A DNA stretch of 64,000 bases, from the NCBI GenBank assembly GCA_964631085.1, contig CAZVWA010000001.1, positions 2,482 through 66,481 on the forward strand, in the 5' to 3' direction. Within the stretch, counting starts at the first letter, position 1; the number at the start of each line of letters is the position of its first letter. Source of the stretch: an uncultured Rubrivirga sp. Lineage in GTDB: Bacteria > Actinomycetota > Actinomycetes > S36-B12. Both the position numbers and the translations under genes were made by a program. This document shows positions 38,310 through 49,890 of this stretch, in pieces. The notes beneath the pieces were generated by a model that worked only from the letters and a program-made list of their open reading frames with translations, was not told the origin of the DNA and did no database searches.

Positions 38310-39544
38310 GCGCACCCGCCGAGACAGCCAACGCACATTCGTCGGACACCCACGGGTCACAAAGCGCCCCGGGACACTTTGGTCCGTACGGCGGCCGGTT
38401 TGTGCCCGAGGCATTGATGGCGGCGTTGGACCAACTCGAGGAGTCCTTCGATGCGGCGATGCTCGATCCGACCTTCGGCGAACAGCTTGCGGCTCTCGAA
38501 CGCGACTACACCGGACGTCCGTCCCCGCTGACCCGCGCGAACCGATTCGAAGAACAGTGCGGTGGCGCGCGTGTGTACTTCAAGCGCGAGGACCTAAACC
38601 ACACCGGCTCGCACAAGATCAACAATGTTCTGGGTCAGGCCCTGCTCACCACGCGCATGGGGAAGTCTCGGATCATCGCGGAGACCGGGGCCGGCCAACA
38701 CGGAGTGGCATCGGCCACGGCTGCAGCGCTCATGGGGCTCGAATGCGTCGTCTACATGGGTAAGGAAGACACGCAGCGCCAGGCATTGAACGTTGCCCGC
38801 ATGGAGCTCCTCGGCGCCACGGTCGTACCGGTGGAGACGGGCAGTCAAACGCTGAAAGACGCGATCAACGAAGCGATGCGGGACTGGGTGACGAACGTCG
38901 ACACCACGCACTACCTCCTGGGCACGGTCACCGGTCCGTCCCCGTTCCCGCGGATGGTTCGACACTTCCATAGCGTGATCGGACGCGAGACGCGCGACCA
39001 GATCCTGGCAGTGGAGGGTCGCTTGCCTGACGCTGCCATCGCCTGCGTCGGCGGTGGGTCGAATGCCATGGGCCTGTTCTCCGGGTTCCTCGACGACCCC
39101 GGGGTTCGTCTGGTCGGCTACGAGGCCGGGGGTGAGGGCATCGACTCGGGTCGGCATGCCGCACGTTTCGCCATGGGCGCACCGGGCGTCTTGCACGGCG
39201 CGCGGACCTACGTCATGCAAGACGAGTGGGGTCAAACTGTTCCCTCGCATTCCATCAGCGCGGGTCTGGATTACCCGGGTGTCGGACCGGAGCACGCCTG
39301 GCTGCACGACACCGGTCGGGCGACCTATGAACCGGTGACGGATGCCGAGGCCATGGAGGCGTTCGCGGTGGTCAGTCGCACCGAAGGAATCATTCCCGCC
39401 ATCGAGACCGCGCACGCGCTTGCTGGAGCAATGCGCCTCGGGCGCGAACTCGGCCCCGAGGCGGTGATCGTGGTGAACATGTCCGGTCGTGGAGATAAAG
39501 ATGTCGAGACGGCGGCCCGCTGGTTTGGAATCGACACGAAGTGA
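38306..39544 (+). CDS. trpB: Tryptophan synthase beta chain
   Basis: HTGSHKINN (PLP lysine) and GGGSNAMG motifs. GTGA overlap with trpC. Confidence 0.96.
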   Translation: MSAPAETANAHSSDTHGSQSAPGHFGPYGGRFVPEALMAALDQLEESFDAAMLDPTFGEQLAALERDYTGRPSPLTRANRFEEQCGGARVYFKREDLNHTGSHKINNVLGQALLTTRMGKSRIIAETGAGQHGVASATAAALMGLECVVYMGKEDTQRQALNVARMELLGATVVPVETGSQTLKDAINEAMRDWVTNVDTTHYLLGTVTGPSPFPRMVRHFHSVIGRETRDQILAVEGRLPDAAIACVGGGSNAMGLFSGFLDDPGVRLVGYEAGGEGIDSGRHAARFAMGAPGVLHGARTYVMQDEWGQTVPSHSISAGLDYPGVGPEHAWLHDTGRATYEPVTDAEAMEAFAVVSRTEGIIPAIETAHALAGAMRLGRELGPEAVIVVNMSGRGDKDVETAARWFGIDTK

Positions 39545-40380
39545 ACCCGGCGAGCGAGGCTGTTTTCCGCACGGCTAAAGACGAAGGTCGGGCAGTTCTC
39601 ATCGGTTATCTGCCCGCTGGCTTCCCTACTGTCGATCGCAGCGTCGAGATTCTGCAGACGATGCTCGATGCGGGAGTCGATCTGCTCGAGGTCGGCCTGC
39701 CCTACTCCGATCCGTTGATGGATGGGCCAGCCATCCAGGAGTCGGTAGAGATGGCGCTTGAGGCTGGCGTCACTACATCGGATGTGCTGGACGTTGTTGC
39801 GCGGTTGAAGCCTCGGGCGGGCCAAGCGATCTACGTGATGAGCTACTGGAACCCAATCGAGCGCTTCGGGGTTGATCGTTTTGCCGGTGGTTTGGCAGAC
39901 GCGGGCGGTTGTGGGGTCATTACCCCCGATCTCACACCCGAAGAAGCCGATGCGTGGATCGCAGCCACCGATGCGGTGGGCGTTGACCGAACTTTCCTAG
40001 TCGCCCCGTCGTCGTCGGATGCCCGTATCTCCGTGGTGTCGGGCGTCACTACGGGTTTCGTCTACGCCGCATCCACGATGGGGGTGACGGGAGCACGTGA
40101 CGCGGTAAGCGATGCGGCCCCGGTCTTGGTGGATCGGGTCCGTGCCTTGACCGACCAGCCGATAGGCGTCGGACTCGGTGTCTCGTCGGGAAGCCAGGCA
40201 GCCTCGATTGCTGCCTACGCCGACGGGGTCATCGTCGGGTCGGCGTTCATCCGCAGGGTCTTGGACGCCGAAGGCCCCCGGGAAGCTTTGGCCGAAATCG
40301 ATGGATTCGCTCGCGAACTCGCCGCGGGCGTTCGCGCAACGGCGAGGGCGACGGACGCTCCCGTCACTGCGGCAAACTAG
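39541..40380 (+). CDS. trpA: Tryptophan synthase alpha chain
   Basis: [23 protein letters not shown] and GVGLGVS motifs. GTGA overlap with trpB. Confidence 0.94.
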   Translation: MNPASEAVFRTAKDEGRAVLIGYLPAGFPTVDRSVEILQTMLDAGVDLLEVGLPYSDPLMDGPAIQESVEMALEAGVTTSDVLDVVARLKPRAGQAIYVMSYWNPIERFGVDRFAGGLADAGGCGVITPDLTPEEADAWIAATDAVGVDRTFLVAPSSSDARISVVSGVTTGFVYAASTMGVTGARDAVSDAAPVLVDRVRALTDQPIGVGLGVSSGSQAASIAAYADGVIVGSAFIRRVLDAEGPREALAEIDGFARELAAGVRATARATDAPVTAAN

Positions 40381-40386
40381 TCTTGT

Positions 40387-40408
40387 TTGAACCCCATCTA
40401 GGTTCGAA
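40387..40408 (+). terminator. Stem-loop after trpA (possible operon terminator)
   Basis: TTGAACC-ccatcta-GGTTC(G)AA gives a 7-bp stem with one bulge. It contains the perfect palindrome GGTTCGAACC (40401-40410). Confidence 0.3.
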
Positions 40409-40434
40409 CCTGATGCGTCAGAAACGGAGATTCC

Positions 40435-41235
40435 ATGGCAGCGGGCAGCAAGGACAGGCGTGATCGAGCGGCGGCGGCGCGGGCGGCCGCGCAAGCGAGC
40501 GAGAAGCGCCGCGAGCGTACGGTCCGAATCATCGGTGCCGTGGCTGTTCTCGCCGTCGTTGCCGGCATCATCGGGGTGGCAATCTTCGCCCGCAGTGCCG
40601 ACGAAGCCGCGAACCGGATTGAGGTAATTGATCCTGATCCCAGTGCCCCGGTTCCCGAGGGTGTGCTCGGCGCGGATAGTGAATGGGCCTACGGCGTCCC
40701 TTACGGCTCGGCGAGTGAAGACGCCCCGGTGCTCGAGGTCTGGGAGGACTTCCAGTGCCCGGCGTGCGGCGCGTTGGAGCAAACCAACGGCGAAGGCATC
40801 GCTGAAGTAGCGGAGACCGGCGTTGCTCGTCTGATCTGGCGTCCCACCGGCTTCTTGGACCGCAACCTCGGCAACGATGCCTCCAACCGGGCGATCGGTG
40901 CATGGGGTTGCGCGATCGATGAGGGCTTTACCCGTGAATTCCACGACGCTGTCTACGCCAACCAGCCTCAAGAGGAAGGCGATGGCTGGCCGAACAGCGA
41001 CTTCATCGCTATCGGCGAGGAGATCGGTATGACAGGGGAGAGCCTGGACAACTTCACCGCGTGTGTGAACGACGGCACCTACCGAGTCTGGGCAGCCAAT
41101 TCGACCCAGGAGTTCTACGACGGAGGCATCGCCGGCACCCCGCTGGGCAAGATCGACGGAGTCGAAGTCGGTAATGAGGTTCTGGCTGATCAGGCTTCGC
41201 TGCTCGCCGCGCTCACCGAGGCCGCCGGCAACTAA
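40435..41235 (+). CDS. Membrane-anchored DsbA-like thiol:disulfide oxidoreductase
   Basis: Basic N-terminus, one TM helix (IIGAVAVLAVVAGIIGVAIF) and a thioredoxin-fold CPAC active site (FQCPACGALE). ACGGAGA Shine-Dalgarno sequence upstream. Confidence 0.8.
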   Translation: MAAGSKDRRDRAAAARAAAQASEKRRERTVRIIGAVAVLAVVAGIIGVAIFARSADEAANRIEVIDPDPSAPVPEGVLGADSEWAYGVPYGSASEDAPVLEVWEDFQCPACGALEQTNGEGIAEVAETGVARLIWRPTGFLDRNLGNDASNRAIGAWGCAIDEGFTREFHDAVYANQPQEEGDGWPNSDFIAIGEEIGMTGESLDNFTACVNDGTYRVWAANSTQEFYDGGIAGTPLGKIDGVEVGNEVLADQASLLAALTEAAGN

Positions 41236-41252
41236 CGCCGGGGAATCCACCG

Positions 41253-42227
41253 ATGATCGGCACATTCGTGGGGGCGCACGTAGCGGCGTCGATTCCGAGT
41301 CCGGATCAGGGCTCATGGAATCTCGGGCCCGTGCCCGTTCGCGCCTACGCGCTCGCGATCATCATCGGGATCGTCGTTGCCATATGGCTCGGCAACCGCC
41401 GCTATGTGGCTAGAGGTGGTCAACCCGGTTTGATCACCGACATCGCCCTGTGGGCGGTGCCGTTTGGCATCGTGGGTGGTCGGCTCTATCACGTGCTGAG
41501 CGATTGGCAGATCTACTTCGGCCCGGATGGTCGTGGTGCCGCGGCGGCACTTCGAATCTGGGACGGCGGCCTCGGCATCTGGGGAGCGGTCGCCCTCGGC
41601 GCGCTCGGTGCGTGGATCGCCGCGCGGCGGCATCACGTGGCGCTTCCACCGATTGCCGATGCCATCGCTCCGGGAATCGCGCTTGCTCAGGCCATCGGGC
41701 GATGGGGAAACTGGTTCAACCAAGAACTCTTCGGCAGGCCGACCACGCTTCCGTGGGGGTTGGAGATCTCGCCGGCGAGGCGTCCGGAGGGCTTCGAGGC
41801 CTTCGAGACCTTTCATCCGACGTTCCTTTACGAATCCCTCTGGCTCGTTGGCGTGGCAATCGTCGTTATGTGGGCGGACCGGCGTTTCACGATGGGACAT
41901 GGTCGGGTGTTCGCGCTGTACGTCTTGCTCTACACGGCCGGGCGAGTGTGGATTGAAGCGCTGCGGATCGATCCGGTGAACACCGTGGGAGGTCTGCGGC
42001 TGAACGTGTGGACCTCGATAGTCGTCGGGCTCGGTGCCCTGGTCTACCTCGTGTGGTCCGCGCGGGCCCGACCTGGTCGAGAACGCTTGGACTGGCAACC
42101 GGCGGTCGAGCCCGTGGAATCTGGGAATCCCGGGGAACCCGATGATCCCGATGAACCCGGGGAGAAGATGGGTGCACAGGCGTCCCCAACCCCGGGGGAA
42201 AGCGACAACGGGGAAACTACCCCGTAG
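41253..42227 (+). CDS. lgt: Prolipoprotein diacylglyceryl transferase
   Basis: GRWGNWFNQELFGRPT and HPTFLYESLW motifs. Acidic, Pro-rich C-terminal tail. Confidence 0.93.
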   Translation: MIGTFVGAHVAASIPSPDQGSWNLGPVPVRAYALAIIIGIVVAIWLGNRRYVARGGQPGLITDIALWAVPFGIVGGRLYHVLSDWQIYFGPDGRGAAAALRIWDGGLGIWGAVALGALGAWIAARRHHVALPPIADAIAPGIALAQAIGRWGNWFNQELFGRPTTLPWGLEISPARRPEGFEAFETFHPTFLYESLWLVGVAIVVMWADRRFTMGHGRVFALYVLLYTAGRVWIEALRIDPVNTVGGLRLNVWTSIVVGLGALVYLVWSARARPGRERLDWQPAVEPVESGNPGEPDDPDEPGEKMGAQASPTPGESDNGETTP

Positions 42228-42356
42228 ACTGAGGGACCCGCGGGCCAACGTCGTCCCGTGCCAGCACCGCACCTGCCTCAGGGGCCCCGCAAGGGGAGTC
42301 CGAGGATCTAGGAAAGTCGGTGCACGGCTGTATTCCCCGACGACGAAGGACGCCAA

Positions 42357-45300
42357 GTGCTCAACGCCTACTCTTCGACACCCGCGCCCCAGGGCCTGTA
42401 CGACCCCCGATTCGAGCACGACGCATGCGGTGTCGCACTGGTCGCCACGCTGACCGGAGTCGCGTCGAACGAGGTCGTCAAGCAGGCCCTTACGGCGCTA
42501 GAGAATCTGCAGCATCGGGGAGCGTCGGGTAGCGAACCCGACAGTGGCGACGGTGCCGGCATCTTGATCCAGGTCCCAGACGCCATGCTGCGTCGCGTTG
42601 GCGGCGTTGATCTTCCCGCGCCGGGAGCTTATGCAACCGGCATCGGTTTCCTGCCGGTTGAGGAGAAGGAGCGTGCTCAGGTCTGCTCGCAGATAGCCGA
42701 GATCGCAGCCGATGAGGACATCGACGTGCTGGGTTGGCGCGAGGTGCCCATCGACCCCTCGCTCGTCGGTGCGACGGCCCGCGCGTGCATGCCGTCGTTC
42801 TGGCAACTTTTCATTGCCGACGCTCAAGGCGGGGCAACCGGATTGGACCTCGACCGCCTCGTGTACGGAATGCGCAAGCGGGTCGAGAACGAGCTCGGTG
42901 TGTACTTCGCGTCGCTCTCGGCACGGACTTTCGTCTACAAGGGCATGCTGACCACCGATCAGCTGACGCCGTTCTACTCCGATCTCAGCGAACCCGACAT
43001 CGCATCGACTCTTGCCCTGGTGCATTCACGGTTCTCCACGAACACCTTCCCGTCCTGGCCGCTCGCGCACCCGTATCGACTGATCGCGCACAACGGCGAG
43101 ATCAATACCGTCCAAGGCAATCGCAACTGGATGACCACTCGCGAGGCGATGCTCACCAGCGACGTCATTCCAGGAGACCTGACGCGCCTGTTCCCCATCT
43201 GCACCCCGGGGGCGAGCGACTCGGCGAGTTTCGACGAAGTTCTTGAACTCCTGCACCTCGGAGGCCGCTCCTTGCCTCAAGCGGTACTGATGATGATTCC
43301 CGAGGCGTGGGAGAACAACCCCGATATGGACCCACGGCGCCGCGCCTTCTACGAGTTCTATGCCACGCTCATGGAGCCGTGGGACGGACCGGCGAACGTG
43401 TGCTTCACCGACGGAAGTCAGATCGGTGCGGTCCTGGACCGCAATGGTCTGCGGCCGGGTCGATTCTGGGTGACCGACGAAGGTCTGGTGGTCCTCGCAT
43501 CTGAGGCAGGCGTCCTCGATATCGATCCCCAGACCGTCGTGCGCAAGGGTCGGCTCCAGCCGGGCCGAATGTTCCTCGTGGATACCGTCGCTGGTCGGAT
43601 CATCGAAGACGACGAAATCAAGGCTGAACTCGCGGCGGAGTTGCCGTACGACGAGTGGCTCGACACCGGCATCATCCATCTCGAGGAACTTCCTGAACGC
43701 GAGCACGTGGTTCACACTCACGAATCGGTTGCCCGCCGCCAGCAGACATTCGGGTATAGCCAAGAAGAGCTGCGGGTAATCATGGAGCCGATGGCCCGTG
43801 CGGGTGCCGAGCCGATCGGCTCGATGGGGACGGACACCCCGATCGCCGCGCTATCGAGTCGTCCGCGCCTGCTCTTTGACTACTTCAGTCAACTCTTCGC
43901 GCAGGTCACCAACCCCCCTCTCGACGCGATTCGTGAAGAGATCGTGACCAGTTTGTCGAGCCTGATCGGCCCGGAGGGAAACCTGCTGGAATCCCAGCCG
44001 GGGCACTGTCGACAGGTGCTGTTGCCGTTCCCGGTCATCGATAACGACGAACTCGCGAAGATCCTCCACATCAACGCCGATGGCACCTTGCCGGAATTCG
44101 CCGCTGCGCGGGTTAAGGGCCTCTATCCCGTTGGAGGTGGTGGTGCCGCTCTGGAGAAGCGCCTCGGGGAAATCTTCAATGAGGTGGATGCCCTCATCCG
44201 ACAAGGCAAGCGGTTCATCGTTCTTTCCGATCGGGAGAGCAACGCTCAGCAGGCGCCGATTCCGTCGTTGCTGCTGTGCGCCGCCGTTCACCACCACCTG
44301 GTACGTACCAAGACGCGCAGCCAGATCAGTTTGCTCGTCGAAGCCGGCGACGTCCGCGAGGTTCATCACGTGGCGCTGCTCGTTGGCTACGGAGCTGCGG
44401 CGATCAACCCATACCTGGCTCTGGAAACGATCGAGGATCTCGTTCACCGGCATGTGATCGAGGGTGTGAGCGTTGAGAAGGCGGTCCGCAACTACATCAA
44501 GGCCATGGGCAAGGGTCTGCTCAAGGTGATGTCCAAGATGGGTGTCTCCACGGTCGCTTCCTACCGAGGCGCGCAGATCTTCGAGGCGATCGGCCTGTCG
44601 CAGGAGTTGGTGGATGCTTACTTCACCGGGACGGTCACCAAGCTCGGTGGCGTCGGTCTCGATGTCATCGCTGAGGAAGTCGCTCGACGGCACGCCACTG
44701 CATATCCGCCTTCGGGAATCTCACCCGCCCACCGGGTGCTTGCCGACGGAGGGGAGTATCAATGGCGTCGCGACGGTGAACCACACCTATTCGATCCGGA
44801 AACGGTTTTCCGTCTCCAACACGCCACGCGTTCCAAGCGCTACGACATCTTCCGTGAATACACGCAAGGAGTAAACGAACAAGCCGAGCGGTTGATGACG
44901 CTCCGCGGATTGTTCGCTTTCAAAGATGGAGTGCGCCAACCGATTCCGATCGATGAAGTCGAGTCCGTCGAGTCGATCGTGTCCCGGTTCAGTACCGGTG
45001 CCATGTCCTACGGCTCCATATCCGCTGAGGCGCACGAGACACTCGCGATCGCCATGAACCGGCTCGGGGGAAAGTCGAACACCGGTGAGGGCGGCGAGGA
45101 TCCCGAGCGCTTCGTCCCGATGGAGAACGGAGACTCCAAGCGCTCGGCGATCAAGCAGGTCGCGTCGGGACGTTTTGGCGTGACCAGCGAGTACCTCGTC
45201 AACAGCGACGACATTCAGATCAAGATGGCTCAGGGCGCCAAGCCCGGCGAAGGCGGTCAGCTTCCCGGCCACAAGGTGTACCCGTGGATCGCGAAGACGC

Positions 45301-46895
45301 GGCACTCCACTCCGGGAGTGGGGTTGATCTCTCCGCCTCCTCACCACGACATCTACTCGATCGAGGATCTCGCTCAGTTGATCCACGATCTGAAGAACGC
45401 GAACCCCCAAGCACGCGTTCATGTGAAGCTGGTAGCCGAGGTGGGTGTTGGCACGGTCGCAGCCGGGGTGTCGAAGGCGCACGCCGACGTCGTCTTGATC
45501 TCAGGTCACGATGGCGGCACGGGAGCCTCCCCCCTCACGTCCTTGAAGCATGCCGGCGCTCCGTGGGAGTTAGGGCTCGCGGAAACCCAGCAGACACTTT
45601 TGCTCAACGGTCTGCGCGATCGAGTCGTCGTTCAGACCGATGGGCAACTCAAGACCGGACGTGACGTTGTCATCGCGGCACTCCTGGGTGCGGAGGAGTA
45701 CGGCTTCGCTACGGCTCCTCTGGTGGTGATGGGATGCGTGATGATGCGCGTGTGTCATCTCGACACCTGCCCGGTGGGAATCGCAACTCAGAACCCGGTT
45801 CTTCGGGAGCGCTTTGGGGGAGCGCCCGAGTTCGTCGTGAACTTCTTCGAGTTCATCGCCCAAGAAGTGCGTGAGTATCTCGCCGAACTCGGTTTCCGCA
45901 GTCTCGACGAAGCCATCGGCCATGCAGAAATGCTGGACATGCGCCGGGCTATCGATCATTGGAAGGCCGACGGCCTCGATCTTGCGCCAATCCTGCACGT
46001 TCCCGATGTGCCCGAAGGTGAACCCCGACGCCGGGTCGTTGCGCAGGACCACGGCCTGGAGGTTGCCCTCGACCAAGAGCTGATCGCGATGTGCCGTCCT
46101 GCGATTGATCGCGGCGAACCGGTTCGGGCCAACGTGGCGATTCGCAACGTGAACCGCACGGTGGGAACGATGCTCGGATCAGAAGTCACGCGGGTCCACG
46201 GTGGGGATGGCCTCCCGGACGAGACGATCGATATCACCTTCCAAGGATCCGCTGGCCAGTCGTTCGGTGCCTTCGTCCCCGCAGGGATAACTCTGCGGCT
46301 CGAAGGCGACGCCAATGACTACCTGGGCAAGGGTCTGTCCGGTGGGTGCTTGATCGTCCGGCCAGATCGCGGAGCACCCTTCGTCGCCGAGGACAACATC
46401 ATCGCGGGCAACGTAATCGCGTATGGAGCGACGAGCGGTGAGATATTCATTCGTGGACAGGTCGGTGAACGTTTTTGCGTTCGAAATTCCGGCGTGCACG
46501 CGGTCGTCGAAGGAGTCGGTGACCACGCCCTGGAGTACATGACCGGAGGGATCGCGGTAATCCTCGGAGCGGTCGGTCGCAACGTGGGTGCCGGCATGTC
46601 GGGCGGTATCGGCTACATCCTTGACCTGAATCCCAGCCGAGTGAATCCGGAGATGGTGGACCTCGATCCCTTGACGGCCGACGACCAAGACGAATTGCGC
46701 TCGTTGATTCTCCGACACGTCGAGGAGACCGAGTCAGCCATCGGTGCACAGCTACTGGCCGATTGGGACACCAGCAAGGCGCGCTTCACCAAGGTAATGC
46801 CGCAGGACTTCAAGCGGGTTATTCGTTTGCGTGAGGAGGCCTTGGCGAGAGGCGAGGACCCGGTCCTCGCGGTGATGGGAGGCGATCGTGGCTGA
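42357..46895 (+). CDS. gltB: Glutamate synthase large subunit
   Basis: 1512 aa. Ntn-amidotransferase start ([12 protein letters not shown]), FMN/3Fe-4S region ([13 protein letters not shown]) and C-terminal GXGXG domain ([17 protein letters not shown]). Confidence 0.96.
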   Translation: MLNAYSSTPAPQGLYDPRFEHDACGVALVATLTGVASNEVVKQALTALENLQHRGASGSEPDSGDGAGILIQVPDAMLRRVGGVDLPAPGAYATGIGFLPVEEKERAQVCSQIAEIAADEDIDVLGWREVPIDPSLVGATARACMPSFWQLFIADAQGGATGLDLDRLVYGMRKRVENELGVYFASLSARTFVYKGMLTTDQLTPFYSDLSEPDIASTLALVHSRFSTNTFPSWPLAHPYRLIAHNGEINTVQGNRNWMTTREAMLTSDVIPGDLTRLFPICTPGASDSASFDEVLELLHLGGRSLPQAVLMMIPEAWENNPDMDPRRRAFYEFYATLMEPWDGPANVCFTDGSQIGAVLDRNGLRPGRFWVTDEGLVVLASEAGVLDIDPQTVVRKGRLQPGRMFLVDTVAGRIIEDDEIKAELAAELPYDEWLDTGIIHLEELPEREHVVHTHESVARRQQTFGYSQEELRVIMEPMARAGAEPIGSMGTDTPIAALSSRPRLLFDYFSQLFAQVTNPPLDAIREEIVTSLSSLIGPEGNLLESQPGHCRQVLLPFPVIDNDELAKILHINADGTLPEFAAARVKGLYPVGGGGAALEKRLGEIFNEVDALIRQGKRFIVLSDRESNAQQAPIPSLLLCAAVHHHLVRTKTRSQISLLVEAGDVREVHHVALLVGYGAAAINPYLALETIEDLVHRHVIEGVSVEKAVRNYIKAMGKGLLKVMSKMGVSTVASYRGAQIFEAIGLSQELVDAYFTGTVTKLGGVGLDVIAEEVARRHATAYPPSGISPAHRVLADGGEYQWRRDGEPHLFDPETVFRLQHATRSKRYDIFREYTQGVNEQAERLMTLRGLFAFKDGVRQPIPIDEVESVESIVSRFSTGAMSYGSISAEAHETLAIAMNRLGGKSNTGEGGEDPERFVPMENGDSKRSAIKQVASGRFGVTSEYLVNSDDIQIKMAQGAKPGEGGQLPGHKVYPWIAKTRHSTPGVGLISPPPHHDIYSIEDLAQLIHDLKNANPQARVHVKLVAEVGVGTVAAGVSKAHADVVLISGHDGGTGASPLTSLKHAGAPWELGLAETQQTLLLNGLRDRVVVQTDGQLKTGRDVVIAALLGAEEYGFATAPLVVMGCVMMRVCHLDTCPVGIATQNPVLRERFGGAPEFVVNFFEFIAQEVREYLAELGFRSLDEAIGHAEMLDMRRAIDHWKADGLDLAPILHVPDVPEGEPRRRVVAQDHGLEVALDQELIAMCRPAIDRGEPVRANVAIRNVNRTVGTMLGSEVTRVHGGDGLPDETIDITFQGSAGQSFGAFVPAGITLRLEGDANDYLGKGLSGGCLIVRPDRGAPFVAEDNIIAGNVIAYGATSGEIFIRGQVGERFCVRNSGVHAVVEGVGDHALEYMTGGIAVILGAVGRNVGAGMSGGIGYILDLNPSRVNPEMVDLDPLTADDQDELRSLILRHVEETESAIGAQLLADWDTSKARFTKVMPQDFKRVIRLREEALARGEDPVLAVMGGDRG

Positions 46896-48342
46896 TCCGA
46901 GGGGATTTCTCACTACTGACCGGCAGCTGCCGCAGCGCCGACCGGTTGACATCCGCCTGCAGGACTGGAAAGAGGTCTACGAGGACTTCGATGCGCGCAG
47001 TCTGGAGAAGCAGGCGGGACGCTGCATGGATTGTGGGATTCCGTTCTGTCACCAGGGGTGTCCGCTCGGCAATCTCATCCCCGAATGGAACGACCTCATC
47101 TACGACCGCGACTGGGGTCAAGCGATCGAGCGACTTCATGCCACGAACAACTTCCCAGAATTCACCGGGCGACTGTGCCCGGCCCCGTGCGAGGCGGCCT
47201 GCGTACTGGGCATAAACGCCGATCCGGTCACCATCAAGCAGGTCGAAGTCGCGATCGTGGATCGTGCCTGGGAGGCGGGTTGGATTACTCCGCAGCCGCC
47301 CGAGTCCTTGACCGGGCGCACCGTCGCGGTCATCGGTTCGGGGCCGGCTGGTCTCGCGGCAGCGCAGCAGTTGGCCCGGGCCGGGCACACCGTCGCCGTA
47401 TACGAGCGTGCCGACCGGATTGGTGGGTTGCTGCGTTATGGGATTCCTGAGTTCAAGATGGAAAAGCACCATGTGGATCAGCGTCTGGCGCAGATGGAAG
47501 CCGAAGGCGTGAAGTTCCGTCCCAACATCGAAGTGGGCGTAGACATCTCCGTTGCGGATCTACGCCGACGCTACGACGCCATCGTGATTGCCACGGGTGC
47601 CACAGCGTGGCGCGATCTACCAATCGAGGGTCGGGATCTGCAAGGTGTGTATCAGGCCATGGAGTACCTGCCATTCGCCAATCGAGTGCAAGAAGGCGAT
47701 CTCGAGGAGTCCCCGATCAATGTGGCCGGTCAGCATGTCGTGATCATCGGAGGTGGCGACACGGGAGCCGATTGCCTCGGTACCGCTCACCGTCAGGGTG
47801 CCGCGAGCGTTACGCAGCTGGAGATCATGCCGCGACCACCGCAGGAGCGTCCGCAGTCCCAGCCGTGGCCCACGTATCCGATGACGTACCGCGTGAGCAG
47901 CGCCCATGAGGAGGGCGGAGATCGTGTCTTCGCGGTTTCTACCCAGCGCTTCGTGGGTGACGATGCCGGTCACGTGCGATCACTCGAGCTCACCGAGGTG
48001 GAGATGGTGGATGGCCGATTCGAACCGGTCGCAGGCTCCGAGCGATCCATTCCTGCCGATGCCGTGTTTCTCGCGATGGGCTTCACCGGTCCCGAGCAGG
48101 GGCCGTTGATCGAACAGTTCGGCCTGCCTGTCACCGAGCGTGGAGCGATCGAGCGGAACGACGAGTACGCCACGGGAATCGAGGGAGTGTTCGTCGCCGG
48201 CGACGCCGGTCGCGGCCAGTCGCTCATCGTGTGGGCTATCGCCGAGGGTCGGGCGGCCGCAGCGAGCGTCGACCGCTTTTTGATGGGAACGACGAATCTG
48301 CCGTCGCCGATTCGCGCATCGGCGCGGCCCCTCACGGTGTAA
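46888..48342 (+). CDS. gltD: Glutamate synthase small (NADPH) subunit
   Basis: Fe-S cysteine cluster [17 protein letters not shown] and dinucleotide folds [12 protein letters not shown] and [12 protein letters not shown]. Overlaps the gltB end by 8 nt. Confidence 0.95.
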   Translation: MADPRGFLTTDRQLPQRRPVDIRLQDWKEVYEDFDARSLEKQAGRCMDCGIPFCHQGCPLGNLIPEWNDLIYDRDWGQAIERLHATNNFPEFTGRLCPAPCEAACVLGINADPVTIKQVEVAIVDRAWEAGWITPQPPESLTGRTVAVIGSGPAGLAAAQQLARAGHTVAVYERADRIGGLLRYGIPEFKMEKHHVDQRLAQMEAEGVKFRPNIEVGVDISVADLRRRYDAIVIATGATAWRDLPIEGRDLQGVYQAMEYLPFANRVQEGDLEESPINVAGQHVVIIGGGDTGADCLGTAHRQGAASVTQLEIMPRPPQERPQSQPWPTYPMTYRVSSAHEEGGDRVFAVSTQRFVGDDAGHVRSLELTEVEMVDGRFEPVAGSERSIPADAVFLAMGFTGPEQGPLIEQFGLPVTERGAIERNDEYATGIEGVFVAGDAGRGQSLIVWAIAEGRAAAASVDRFLMGTTNLPSPIRASARPLTV

Positions 48343-48353
48343 CCGCTTACGGC

Positions 48354-48359
48354 TAGAGT
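48354..48359 (+). promoter_or_regulatory. -10-like hexamer TAGAGT, 7 nt upstream of the pyk ATG (leaderless candidate)
   Basis: TAGAGT-tcttccc-ATG within a 24-nt intergenic gap that has no Shine-Dalgarno sequence. Confidence 0.45.
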
Positions 48360-48366
48360 TCTTCCC

Positions 48367-49800
48367 ATGCGGCGAGCCAAAATCGTGGCCACTCTCGGGC
48401 CTGCAACAGCTACCAGGGATCACATAGGCGCGCTCGTGGATGCGGGTATGGATGTCGCTCGACTCAATCTGTCCCACGGCAGCCACGAGGACCACCGGCA
48501 GACGTACCTCGCTGTCCGCGAGGCGTCCGATGCCAGCGGTCGGGGCGTGGGAATCCTGGTGGACCTCCAAGGGCCGAAGATCCGTCTGGGCACGTTCGCC
48601 GATGGGCCGGTGCTACTGGAACCCGGTGCCGAATTCATCGTTACGACCGAGGATGTTCCCGGCGACGTCAAGATGGTCTCGACGACGCACGAGGGCCTTC
48701 CGAACGATGTCCACCCCGGAGATCTGGTCCTCGTCGACGACGGCCGAATCGAACTGCGCGTGTCTAAGGTCGAGGGACCGCGAGTGCATACGACCGTCGT
48801 CGAAGGTGGGCGCGTGTCGGACAACAAGGGCTTCAACCTCCCGGGCGTTCCGGTCAGCGTGCCGGCGTTGTCCGAAAAGGACGTCGATGATCTTCGGTGG
48901 GCCCTGCGGACCGGGGCTGACATCGTCGCGTTGTCGTTCGTGCGCTCGGCGAAGGACGTTGAGGCCGTTCACGCGATCATGGAGAACGAGGGCATCCGCA
49001 TTCCTGTCCTCGCGAAAGTCGAGAAACCACAGGCGATAGAAAATCTGCAGGAAATCGTCGACGCCTTCGACGGCATCATGGTGGCTCGCGGGGACCTCGG
49101 CGTGGAACTCCCGCTGGAGCAGGTGCCGCTGGTCCAAAAGCGCGCCATCCAACTGTGCCGTCAAGCCGGTAAGCCCGTCATCGTCGCAACGCAGATGCTG
49201 GACTCGATGATCACGGCCAATCGTCCAACTCGCGCTGAGGCCAGTGACGTCGCGAATGCCGTCCTCGACGGCGCCGATGCCCTGATGCTGTCCGGTGAGA
49301 CGAGCGTCGGACACAACCCGCCTCTCGTGGTCGAGACGATGTCCCGAATCATCGAACACATCGAAGCCGAGGCTCTCGACCGGCTGCCGCCTCTCGAGGA
49401 GAACCCCACCGGCTCCACCGCTCGGGCGCTCACGCGTTCGGCGGTGACGGCAGCGCAGTATGTCGAGGCAACGCATCTGATCGCCTTCACCGAAACCGGC
49501 CGTTCGGCCCGTTTGATCGCTCGCTGGCGTTGTTCGATTCCGCTGCTGGCGTTCACCCCCAACCCGCAAGTTCGCAGTCAGTTGGCGCTCGTGTGGGGAG
49601 TCGAAACTTTCTTGGTGCCCCAGGTTCGACACACGGACGACATGGTCGTGCAGGTGGACAAGGCGTTGTTGGACATCGGCCGCGCAACGGCTGGTGAGCG
49701 GGTGGTGATTGTTGCCGGCGTCCCTCCCGGTGTTCCGGGGACTACCAACGGCATGCGGGTACACAAGATCGGAAGCGCCGGTCCAGGCGGCGGGGTGTAA
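48367..49800 (+). CDS. pyk: Pyruvate kinase
   Basis: MRRAKIVATLGPAT N-terminus and MVARGDLGVE motif. 477 aa. Confidence 0.96.
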   Translation: MRRAKIVATLGPATATRDHIGALVDAGMDVARLNLSHGSHEDHRQTYLAVREASDASGRGVGILVDLQGPKIRLGTFADGPVLLEPGAEFIVTTEDVPGDVKMVSTTHEGLPNDVHPGDLVLVDDGRIELRVSKVEGPRVHTTVVEGGRVSDNKGFNLPGVPVSVPALSEKDVDDLRWALRTGADIVALSFVRSAKDVEAVHAIMENEGIRIPVLAKVEKPQAIENLQEIVDAFDGIMVARGDLGVELPLEQVPLVQKRAIQLCRQAGKPVIVATQMLDSMITANRPTRAEASDVANAVLDGADALMLSGETSVGHNPPLVVETMSRIIEHIEAEALDRLPPLEENPTGSTARALTRSAVTAAQYVEATHLIAFTETGRSARLIARWRCSIPLLAFTPNPQVRSQLALVWGVETFLVPQVRHTDDMVVQVDKALLDIGRATAGERVVIVAGVPPGVPGTTNGMRVHKIGSAGPGGGV

Positions 49801-49850
49801 CAAGCGTCCTCACTCAGATCCGATAGGTTATCGACGCAAGATCAAGCCCA

Positions 49851-49890
49851 GCCCTTTAAGCCCGTCCCGTGAGGCGGGGAAGGTGAGGTT
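49851..49890 (+). promoter_or_regulatory. PyrR-binding RNA hairpin overlapping the pyrR ribosome-binding site
   Basis: CCUU(uaag)CCCG-UCCCGUGAGG-CGGG(g)AAGG. The lower stem is 49853-56/49880-83, the upper stem is 49861-64/49875-78, and the loop resembles the UCCAGAGAGG PyrR loop. The 5' CCUUUAA element is present. AAGG/GAGG of the RBS lies in or next to the stem, 4-9 nt before ATG 49893. Confidence 0.7.

Noticed and set aside
42228-42356. GlnR or AmtR operator upstream of gltB
   Set aside because: I looked for gTnAc-n6-GaAAc (GlnR) and CTAT-n6-ATAG (AmtR)-like sites. Only loose fragments are present (GGAAAG, GATCTAG), and nothing is convincing by eye.
39997-42419. Minus-strand ORFs of 439 aa (39997-41316) and 368 aa (41313-42419) opposite trpA, the DsbA-like gene and lgt
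   Set aside because: Same reasoning. They span intergenic gaps and three real genes, have low-complexity Arg/Pro-rich translations, and contain no motifs.
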